Under the pieces are notes generated by a model. That model ran no database searches. It was not told the origin of the DNA and was given only the letters and a program-made list of their open reading frames with translations. Below are positions 36,748 through 44,567 of a DNA stretch of 62,141 nucleotides, piece by piece. Source of the DNA: an uncultured Methanosarcinales archaeon. GTDB lineage: Archaea; Nanobdellota; Nanobdellia; Woesearchaeales; ARS49. Within the stretch, counting starts at the first letter, position 1. The number at the start of each line of letters is the position of its first letter. The stretch covers positions 1 to 62,141 of the forward strand of contig CAZDUA010000031.1 of assembly GCA_964508495.1 (NCBI GenBank), in the 5' to 3' direction. A program made the position numbers and the translations under genes.

Positions 36748-38442
36748 TTAGAAGAAGGTATTGTACAATTCTTTGACCTTATTGCCTACATTTATCCAGA
36801 ATTCCTGGCCTGGCTTGGTTAGAACGCTTCCGGCAGCTATACCGCTTGCTGCTACAGCAGCTGCTCCCCATGCCATTAATTTTTGTTTGCTGACTCCCAT
36901 AAATGGTGCGTGCCTGAATGACTCTTCAATGTAGCTTTCAGCTGTAAATGTTGGCTCATCTTTTACTTTGCGTATGTCATTTGATGCTTTAATTTGAGCG
37001 TATACGCGTTTTGGCTTTTTGCCCTGTTGTATAAGTTTAAGGTCTTCTACTGCGTCTTCTGGCTTCTGGTATCTATAATTAGGGTCTTTTTGCATTAGTG
37101 CTGCTGTGACTAGCACAAGGTATTTGTTTACTTCTGGAGCTTCTGGTTTGTGTTCTCTGTGTTTTGAGTTGTACATTCTGTCTGATGGGTCGTTTCTTCT
37201 GTCATCCGGCATGTTGTGGTTTGGGCTTCTTCCTGTTAGATAGAAGTATAATGTAAGTCCCAGTGAGCACAAGTCGCTTCTCGTGTCGGATTCTGTTAAT
37301 GAGTGTGCCTGTTCAGGTGCTATGTAATCTGGTGTTCCCATGACTGTTTGTTCGGTTGTTGCAAAGCTTTTGTCAAGGTATACTGTGTCCGCTTTTGCTT
37401 GGCCGTTTTTCTTGTTGTATTTCATCAATCCCCAGTCTATGAAGTTTGCTTCTGTGGCTGGTATTGTTTTGTCCCAAGTCCAGAATAGGAATCTTTGGTG
37501 GACTGTTCTTCGTGATCTTTGAAGCATGATGTTTTGTGGCTTGATGTCTCTGTGCACTACGCCTATTTCTGAAAAGTCAGCAATTTCTTCTGCAAGTGCA
37601 GTTACCACTCTTACTTTATCGTCGAGGGACATTTCCCGGGGGGCATCGTACCAATTCAACGGATCTTTTATCATCTTGGCCACAGTGTAGAGTTTGTTGC
37701 CTTGTGTTTTTCCGTGCATGAGCATCGTAACGGAGTTCTCAGTATCTCTGCCCGCCATATTGAGCTCTCTTTTTGCTCTTGCTTCCAATTGTTTTCTTGC
37801 TGCCGCGTCTCCGTTTGGGCTGACTATTTTTACTGCAACTCTGGCCTTCTCTCCATCTTTGTCTTTTCTGACTAGTCCTTTGATTTTGCGGAGTTCTGCT
37901 CTTCCGGTTTCACTTAGTTGTTTGAGTGTTTGATCTTGCAATACTTCCATTGCATCTTTTATGAATGTGCGCGGGATTCGTCTGACTGTTTTGTATGCTT
38001 CTTCTGGTATTTCATCGTTTGAAAATTCTGCCAGTCCCCATGCTGCGCGTGGCGCGAGTAGTCTTAGCCATCCTTCTTTGTCCAGTTTTTCGAAATCTAT
38101 TGTTCCTTCTGATACGAGTGCTTGGCCTCCTGCTCCCAGAAGCCTATATGATAAGGTGAGCCAGGGTAGGTGGCCGCCAAATTCAGCGTCATACATTCTG
38201 CCAGTCTGGTTGGTTATTGCATCAATTGTTTCATATGCTGTTAGAACTGTGTGTTTTGCTGATACTATTAGCCTGTCTTCTGGTGGCGGAAGTGAGAGTG
38301 ATGTGAAAGATGCCTGTCTTTCTTTGTACAGTCTGTCTATCGCTTCATCGACAAACTTCTCGCCCTGTTGTTCTTTATAGCCAGCTAGAAGTTCATCTAG
38401 CTGCTTGTTCATTTCATCTGTAGAGCGCTGTTTCTGTATCAT
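36748..38442 (-). CDS. Ser/Thr protein kinase (PknB-like) with C-terminal hydrophobic anchor
   Basis: LGAGGQA, VAVK, HRDIKPQNI, DWG, GTPDYIAPEQ, DLCSLG, RYQ; terminal WGAAAVAASGIAAGSV. Confidence 0.9.
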   Translation of the reverse strand: MIQKQRSTDEMNKQLDELLAGYKEQQGEKFVDEAIDRLYKERQASFTSLSLPPPEDRLIVSAKHTVLTAYETIDAITNQTGRMYDAEFGGHLPWLTLSYRLLGAGGQALVSEGTIDFEKLDKEGWLRLLAPRAAWGLAEFSNDEIPEEAYKTVRRIPRTFIKDAMEVLQDQTLKQLSETGRAELRKIKGLVRKDKDGEKARVAVKIVSPNGDAAARKQLEARAKRELNMAGRDTENSVTMLMHGKTQGNKLYTVAKMIKDPLNWYDAPREMSLDDKVRVVTALAEEIADFSEIGVVHRDIKPQNIMLQRSRRTVHQRFLFWTWDKTIPATEANFIDWGLMKYNKKNGQAKADTVYLDKSFATTEQTVMGTPDYIAPEQAHSLTESDTRSDLCSLGLTLYFYLTGRSPNHNMPDDRRNDPSDRMYNSKHREHKPEAPEVNKYLVLVTAALMQKDPNYRYQKPEDAVEDLKLIQQGKKPKRVYAQIKASNDIRKVKDEPTFTAESYIEESFRHAPFMGVSKQKLMAWGAAAVAASGIAAGSVLTKPGQEFWINVGNKVKELYNTFF

Positions 38443-38511
38443 CCCGATAGGGAGAAGTAGTAATTGAATATAAAAATCTATGCTTTTTAACCACTGATAA
38501 GTAGTATCAAA

Positions 38512-38697
38512 TTACTCGTCTACCCAGGCTTCTGCCGAGTTTTCTTCTTCTGGCGCGTCTTCTGTTTTTTCCAGGTCTTCCTCATATTCTGCTTCTTCGT
38601 CTGATGGAAGTTCTGGCTCGAATACTTCTTCTTTATCTTTTTCTTCTTCTTTTTCGTATTCTTCCTGCTGTTCCTTTTCCTTCTTTTTAGGCATCAA
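38512..38697 (-). CDS. Small highly acidic protein
   Basis: 61 aa, Glu-rich; GAGGTG RBS upstream. Confidence 0.55.
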   Translation of the reverse strand: MMPKKKEKEQQEEYEKEEEKDKEEVFEPELPSDEEAEYEEDLEKTEDAPEEENSAEAWVDE

Positions 38698-38717
38698 AAC
38701 CCACCTCTATGCGCGCT

Positions 38718-39263
38718 TTACTGAGAGTTTGCTCTTCTGCTTGGCCTGACTTTTTCTGCGCCTTTTCCTTTTCTGTGCAGTCCACGCGTGCGTCTGCCTG
38801 CGCTTGTCAGTCCCCTGTTTGCCCTGCCTCTTTGTCTTGTCAGCCATGATGGCGTGTTCGGGCTTGTCCTGTCCGCCATTATTACTTCATACCAGTAGTG
38901 TTTTCCGTCTTGTAAGACGTAGTATGAGTTTAGAACTTCACAGTTTGAATATACTTTGCTTGCTCTTTCTTCTGCTATGAATTGGTAGTTTTTTCTGAGA
39001 ATTAATCTTGCGCCCATGTTGTGGGAGTGTCTTCCTCCGCTCCAGTCTGGTCTTTTGTGTGTTCCTCTGCTGACTCTTTGTCTGACCATGAATGTTCCTG
39101 ATTTTGGCTTGAATCCTAACGCGCGTGCCCTGTCCAGTCTTGTTGGGTGCTCAATTCGTGTAGTGGAATTTTCGCGTCTCCAGGCAATCAGTCTTTCACG
39201 CTTCAATTCTGCCGGCATTCCTTCTTCACGCCATTGCTGGACTAGGTATTTGTATAGTGCCAT
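38718..39263 (-). CDS. rpl15e: 50S ribosomal protein L15e
   Basis: PTRLDRARALGFK, FIAEERA, NCEVLNSY, DGKHYWYEVIM, RGLTSAG. Confidence 0.95.
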   Translation of the reverse strand: MALYKYLVQQWREEGMPAELKRERLIAWRRENSTTRIEHPTRLDRARALGFKPKSGTFMVRQRVSRGTHKRPDWSGGRHSHNMGARLILRKNYQFIAEERASKVYSNCEVLNSYYVLQDGKHYWYEVIMADRTSPNTPSWLTRQRGRANRGLTSAGRRTRGLHRKGKGAEKVRPSRRANSQ

Positions 39264-39299
39264 ACGTGTGCGGTTATAGTGGACTGTTTAAAAAGGTTT

Positions 39300-39446
39300 C
39301 TATAGAGCGCTTCCGCAAAAACTGCAGGTTAAAACCTGTTTTTTGGAGTCAAATGTTGTGTCGCGGTCGTAATGTATGATGTGCTTGCATCCTGTGCAGT
39401 GTGGTTCTATTAGTTCCACATCATCAAAGTATCTTATTGGTTCCAT
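39300..39446 (-). CDS. 48-aa CxxC...CxxC zinc-finger micro-protein
   Basis: Not in ORF track. MEPIRYFDDVELIEPHCTGCKHIIHYDRDTTFDSKKQVLTCSFCGSAL*; GGAGGGAG RBS upstream. Confidence 0.7.
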   Translation of the reverse strand: MEPIRYFDDVELIEPHCTGCKHIIHYDRDTTFDSKKQVLTCSFCGSAL

Positions 39447-39546
39447 GTCTGCTCCCTCCAGTAATCTATCCGCCTCTTTTATTAGAATTAGAAGTTATAC
39501 AGTTGCTGCTTGTTTTATATTTAGTCCTTGAGTTTTATATATATTA

Positions 39547-41952
39547 TTAAAATCCTGCCAGTGAGCTTTGTTTTGTCTCGCTTACTAAATCGTCCACTTT
39601 GATGTCAAGCACTGCGAATATTCTTTCTACTCCCGGTATTATCTGGTTCTGTATATAGTACTCTCCATCGTATTCTTCTTGTGTTGTTTCTTCTGGCAGT
39701 CTGACTTTGTCTCGTATTACTTTTCCTTTGCCTTTTACTACGACATATTTGACAATTGTTCCCGCTCCTGCTGTTTGTCCTTTTGCTTGCATTCTTTGCG
39801 CTGCTGCCACGTGCGGTCCTATTGACGTGTATGCTTCTATTTCTTTTGATAGCGCTGTATGAATAACGACTTTTGCCAGCGGTATCTTGTTTTTTCTCAT
39901 TTGTTCAACAATGTCCCTGACGTATGCTTTTGCTTTTTTGGGATCATGTTCTTTGAGTATGATTTCTAGAACTGTTCTTTGTACGTCTTTTGCGATGAAG
40001 CTCCAGTTTCTTCTTACTGATTCAAATCCTTTGATTTTCATCGTGCCTTTTTCGTCTAGCAGGGCGTATTTCTTTTTGGCTCCTGAGTCTCCTGCTTTTA
40101 TTGAGACAAATATTCCTGCTGGGTAGAATCCTTCGTAGTCTAGTTCCATTAGTCCTGGCAGGTCTTTGTTGATTTTTTCCATTAGTGCTAGCGCGTCTTC
40201 TTTGGTTTTCTTTTCTAATAGCAGGAATACGCTGTCTGTGTCAGAATATAGTACTGTAAATCCTGATTGTTGTGCGGTTTCTATTGCTTTATGTATATAG
40301 TGTCTTGCCCAGGCGGTTGTGCTTTCTGCGCATTCTATGCAGTAGTATCTTGCTGGCGCAAAGCCCATGTAGCCGTAGAAACTGTTGGCGAGCACTTTTA
40401 GTGCTTCTGAGCGTGCTGCTAGTAATGGGTCTTTGCTCGTCTTCAATTGTTTCTTCAGCTCCGCTCTTCTTAAGATTAATTCAGAGATGACCGTGCTAAA
40501 CAATCCTTTTCTTTTTGCGCAGTACCAGAATGTTCCTCTGTCTGTTTGCATTTTTGGGGTGTCTTTGCAGCATTTGCAGTTTAGTGTTCCTCTGCTGATG
40601 TTGTGTGATGCGATTATGCTTGGATATAGGCTTCTGTAGTCGAAGACTGTTATATTTTGGTAGAATCCTGGTTTTGGCTCGTATACGAATGCTCCTTTGA
40701 TTCTGTCTGACATTCTTTGCATTTCTTCTGATTTTCTTGGCCGGTTGAGTAATATTTCATTTTTCGCGCTTGCTTGGTTCATTAAATACCATTCTACGAA
40801 TGTTGAGAATGTCATTCTGTTGATGTCGTATGGTGGTAGTTTGATTATTCTGACGAACTCTATCAGGTTTGGCAGTACTTTTTCTGTTAATTTGTATGTT
40901 AGAACGCAGTCTTGCAAATTATATTTGCAGTATTCTTCTAGTTCTTCTCCTCCTTTGTCCCATACTTTAAAGAATTTTTCTATGTCGACTTTGTGTTTTG
41001 TTTCGCCGACGAGCTCTTTTCCTACTGCGTCCAGTGTGTAAGTGTCTGTTTTTAGAGAGCGCGCGATTACTTTTCTTATGAACTTGAATATGTCTATGTG
41101 TGCTATGCCCGTAATTTTTGCTTCTTTTTGTGTTTTGCCTAGAATTTCCAGGTCGCTGTAGTCCAGTCCGATGTCTAGTTTGACTTTGTTGATTTTTGCT
41201 CTGTCTACTATGTATGGCAGGTCAAATCCGTCTGAGAAATATCCTACTAGCATGTCTGGTCCGTAATCATTTACTAGTTCTACGAATCTTTGCAGGCAGT
41301 CTGCTTCTGATGCTACAAATTCTATGTATTTTTCTTTTGTGGCAAACTTTTTCCACGTGATCACTCTTGAGAAGTCTTTGCCGTGCAGTCCTATCATCAG
41401 TATCGGGTTTTTTCTTGTGTCTATTCTATTTTCTGGATTGTAAGTCTCAATGTCGACCGCCAGTATTTTTGGCTGGAGTGTTTCTTCTCCTGCTGGCTTG
41501 ATGTTTTTTGCTTTGATGCACGTTACTCTTGATTGTGCTGATACTTCCTCTCCTTCAACTTCTGTCAAAGTTAGAGGAATTATTCCTTTGTCTATCAAAT
41601 ATCTGCGCGTGTAGAATATGTCGTATTCGTAGACGTCAACTCCGAGTTGTTTTGCTAAGTCTTTTAGCACTGGCATTCCTTTTGGCAGGTTTACGAAGAC
41701 TTTGAGTGCTTCTGTTTCGTATTCGTTGAGGTTTTTTTTGACTTTCTCAACTCTGATTACTTTGTAATCTTCTTGTTGTAGTGCTTCTAGAACTTTAACG
41801 TCAATGTCGCCTACAACGTAAAAGTATGGTTCAAAATCTTCGTCCAAAACGCAGATTCTTTTGTCTTTTGTTGTTCGGCCGTATAACTGTATTATTGGCT
41901 TGCCGTTCTTTACAGTGTAGTTGATGTCTGTTGGATAAAATTGTGTTTTCAC
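39547..41952 (-). CDS. polB: Family B DNA polymerase (archaeal PolB), no intein
   Basis: Exo DIET, FDLPY, YNLQD; Pol DYRSLYPSII, KVLANSFYGY, YSDTDS, KKKY, GFESVRRNW. Confidence 0.97.
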   Translation of the reverse strand: MKTQFYPTDINYTVKNGKPIIQLYGRTTKDKRICVLDEDFEPYFYVVGDIDVKVLEALQQEDYKVIRVEKVKKNLNEYETEALKVFVNLPKGMPVLKDLAKQLGVDVYEYDIFYTRRYLIDKGIIPLTLTEVEGEEVSAQSRVTCIKAKNIKPAGEETLQPKILAVDIETYNPENRIDTRKNPILMIGLHGKDFSRVITWKKFATKEKYIEFVASEADCLQRFVELVNDYGPDMLVGYFSDGFDLPYIVDRAKINKVKLDIGLDYSDLEILGKTQKEAKITGIAHIDIFKFIRKVIARSLKTDTYTLDAVGKELVGETKHKVDIEKFFKVWDKGGEELEEYCKYNLQDCVLTYKLTEKVLPNLIEFVRIIKLPPYDINRMTFSTFVEWYLMNQASAKNEILLNRPRKSEEMQRMSDRIKGAFVYEPKPGFYQNITVFDYRSLYPSIIASHNISRGTLNCKCCKDTPKMQTDRGTFWYCAKRKGLFSTVISELILRRAELKKQLKTSKDPLLAARSEALKVLANSFYGYMGFAPARYYCIECAESTTAWARHYIHKAIETAQQSGFTVLYSDTDSVFLLLEKKTKEDALALMEKINKDLPGLMELDYEGFYPAGIFVSIKAGDSGAKKKYALLDEKGTMKIKGFESVRRNWSFIAKDVQRTVLEIILKEHDPKKAKAYVRDIVEQMRKNKIPLAKVVIHTALSKEIEAYTSIGPHVAAAQRMQAKGQTAGAGTIVKYVVVKGKGKVIRDKVRLPEETTQEEYDGEYYIQNQIIPGVERIFAVLDIKVDDLVSETKQSSLAGF

Positions 41953-41957
41953 GAGAA

Positions 41958-42707
41958 TTATTGCTGCCTTTTGGGTTTTAAATGTTCCGGAAGCGCGTTT
42001 CTTAAAAGAGTTTCAAGTATACTAAATTCGAAGGGTTTTTTCATTGGAAATGCGGCGAATTGAATGCACTTTTCAATGTCTGTTTCGTTTCCGCTCATTA
42101 GGAAAAAGGGTAGTTGTTCTGGAGAATACCTTGCTCGCGCATTTCCTAAAAGGCCGTATCCTCCGATGCTGTCTGGCTGGTTGACGTCGCTGACAACAGC
42201 GTGTACTGTGTGAAGTTCTTGCAATGCGTCTTCTGCGTTCGCTGCAAGCACGGGCATATAACCTTTTTCAGCAAAGTCTTCTGCTAGGCAGTCGCGTATG
42301 TCCTGCTCATCATCAACGACTAATACGCGTGGTTTTGGAGAAGCATATTTCAACAACAGTCCGCGCAAGTCCCCCATTCCTTTTTCTGCGTATTCTGTGT
42401 TAAAGTCTCTTGCATGTATTTGTGCTTCTGAGCATTGAAAGATTATGGGTACTCTAGGATCACGGGTTCTTATTTCCATTACAACGTTTGCTCCGTTTGC
42501 GCGTGGCATATTGTAATCAGTAACAACCAGTTCTATGTTTCTGCCTTGCCGGCGTGCAGCATCATAAAGTGATATTGCTTCAATTCCGTCTGGTGCGCTT
42601 ATGACTTCTATTGGCGTGTCAATTTCTTTTTGGACTATTGCCGCCCAGCGTTTAAAAACGTCACGAACAGTTGGATCGTCTTCAGCGTGTAATATTATAT
42701 AGGTCAT
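41958..42707 (-). CDS. Tandem response-regulator receiver protein (two REC domains, no output domain)
   Basis: LHAEDD...VVTDYNMP and VLVVDDE...VVSDVNQP...LMSG...KPF. Confidence 0.8.
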   Translation of the reverse strand: MTYIILHAEDDPTVRDVFKRWAAIVQKEIDTPIEVISAPDGIEAISLYDAARRQGRNIELVVTDYNMPRANGANVVMEIRTRDPRVPIIFQCSEAQIHARDFNTEYAEKGMGDLRGLLLKYASPKPRVLVVDDEQDIRDCLAEDFAEKGYMPVLAANAEDALQELHTVHAVVSDVNQPDSIGGYGLLGNARARYSPEQLPFFLMSGNETDIEKCIQFAAFPMKKPFEFSILETLLRNALPEHLKPKRQQ

Positions 42708-42816
42708 AAGAGTCGAAGTTTAGCCAAACTTTATAAAACCATAGTCTATAATCTCCACTATATGTCAACATTTTCATTCGATAAGTATTTAAACGAACAT
42801 TGTTAAAAGTATTGTT

Positions 42817-42957
42817 ATGGCATTGCCTAAAGAGGTTATTCCGCCTAGTGCAAGTCAGCGTTGTCCTAAGTGTCATAAGCTGACGTGCACGTTTGATGTT
42901 GAGAATAACCGCGTCGTTTGCAGTGCTTGTGGTTTTGAGGAGAGGTTGAGAATATGA
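42817..42957 (+). CDS. 46-aa zinc-ribbon micro-protein
   Basis: Not in ORF track. [46 protein letters not shown]; ATGA overlap with the NYN gene. Confidence 0.75.
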   Translation: MALPKEVIPPSASQRCPKCHKLTCTFDVENNRVVCSACGFEERLRI

Positions 42958-43535
42958 GTGAAATTCATAAAGCGCAAAGAGTTGGTGTTTTTGTTGACGT
43001 TCAGAACTTGTATTATTCTGCTCGTTTTGTTTACAACGCGCACGTTAATTTCAAGACGATTTTGCAGGATGCGGTGAACGACCGGGTTCTTGTTAGAGCG
43101 CTTGCTTACGTGATTAAAACTGAGGATATCAGCAAGGAAAAATTCTTTGACGCTCTTGGCCATATTGGTTTTGAAATCAGGGCAAAAGATTTGCAAATTT
43201 TTTATGGTGGTGCTAAGAAGGGCGATTGGGACATCGGCATTGCGATGGACTGTATTGAGCTTGCCCCAAGACTTGACACTATTGTCATTGTCAGCGGCGA
43301 CGGTGATTTTGTTCCTTTAATAGAGCACTTAAAACGCGCTCTTGGCTGTCGTGTTGAGGTTGTTGCTTTTGGAAAGAGTGCCAGCGCAAAATCCATAGAA
43401 GTGGCAGACCACTTCCTTGATTTGGATAAGGATACCAAGCGTTATTTGATTAAGCCTTTGAAAAAGGCAGCGTCTGTCAATAAAGAGGTTGACACGCATA
43501 CTATGGGGGAGAAGAATGGAAGTAAACGAAGCTGA
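42954..43535 (+). CDS. NYN (LabA/DUF88) domain PIN-like nuclease
   Basis: [38 protein letters not shown]. Confidence 0.9.
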   Translation: MSEIHKAQRVGVFVDVQNLYYSARFVYNAHVNFKTILQDAVNDRVLVRALAYVIKTEDISKEKFFDALGHIGFEIRAKDLQIFYGGAKKGDWDIGIAMDCIELAPRLDTIVIVSGDGDFVPLIEHLKRALGCRVEVVAFGKSASAKSIEVADHFLDLDKDTKRYLIKPLKKAASVNKEVDTHTMGEKNGSKRS

Positions 43536-43827
43536 TTTTGACAAGGAAGTTTTGAAGAGCGATAAGCCTGTCGTGGTTGATTTTTGGGCGCCTTGGTGTG
43601 GTCCTTGTAAGATGATTGCTCCTGTTTTTGAGAAGTTGTCGCACGAGTTGAAGAATGTTAAGTTTGTCAAAGTCGACGTTGATGACAATACCAATCTTGC
43701 TCAACAGCAGGGCGTCATGGGTATTCCTTGTATTATTATTTACAAAAAAGGCGAAGAGGTTGAACGCGTTGTTGGTTTTCAGACTGAACAGCAGTTGAAG
43801 GCCAAGCTTATGAGCGCGCTTTCCTGA
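43516..43827 (+). CDS. trxA: Thioredoxin (probable start ATG 43516)
   Basis: [19 protein letters not shown]. Confidence 0.95.
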   Translation: MEVNEADFDKEVLKSDKPVVVDFWAPWCGPCKMIAPVFEKLSHELKNVKFVKVDVDDNTNLAQQQGVMGIPCIIIYKKGEEVERVVGFQTEQQLKAKLMSALS

Positions 43828-44483
43828 TGCTTGCAATTATTAATTTTAAGGCTTACAAGACTTCTGTTGGATTAAATGCTCTAAAGTTAGCAAAAATTTG
43901 TGAGAGAGTGGCCAAGAAACAGCGTGCTAATATTGCTGTTGCCGTCCAGCCTTCTGATATTTTGGCTGTTGCTGCTTCTGTTAACATTCCTGTTCTTGCC
44001 CAGCATGTTGACGCGGTTGATTTTGGCGCTAAGACTGGCTGGATTCTGCCTGAAAGTGTTCAACAAGCAGGCGCTGTTGGCAGTTTGGTTAATCATTCTG
44101 AGCATAGATTGCCTTTGTCTGTTATCAAGCAGACAGTTGAACGTTTGCGAAAGCTCGGCATGCTCTCAGTGGTGTGCGCAAATACTCCTGCGATGGCTGT
44201 TAAGGTTGCAAAGTTCAAGCCTGACATTATTGCTATTGAGCCTCCTGAGTTGATTGGTGGTAATGTTGCTGTTTCTCAGGCAAAGCCTCAGGTTATTACG
44301 CAAACTACGCATAGAATAAAGTCCATTCCAATTTTGTGCGGTGCTGGTGTTAAAACTAAAGATGATGTTTCTAAGGCAGTTCAGCTTGGCGCTAAGGGCA
44401 TTCTTGTTGCTTCTGGTGTTACGAACGCCCCTAATCCTGAGAAGGCTCTCACCCAGCTAGTGAAAGGTTTCCACTCAAAGTAA
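43827..44483 (+). CDS. tpiA: Triosephosphate isomerase (short archaeal type)
   Basis: INFKAY, AQHVD, NHSE, AIEPPELIG, CGAGV, LVASGV. Confidence 0.95.
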   Translation: MLAIINFKAYKTSVGLNALKLAKICERVAKKQRANIAVAVQPSDILAVAASVNIPVLAQHVDAVDFGAKTGWILPESVQQAGAVGSLVNHSEHRLPLSVIKQTVERLRKLGMLSVVCANTPAMAVKVAKFKPDIIAIEPPELIGGNVAVSQAKPQVITQTTHRIKSIPILCGAGVKTKDDVSKAVQLGAKGILVASGVTNAPNPEKALTQLVKGFHSK

Positions 44484-44567
44484 CAACCTTCCAGTAGTAA
44501 ATGTCAAAAGATTTATATACGAACAAGCCAAAAGCTATATATAGAACGCTGCCATTACGATTTTCAG

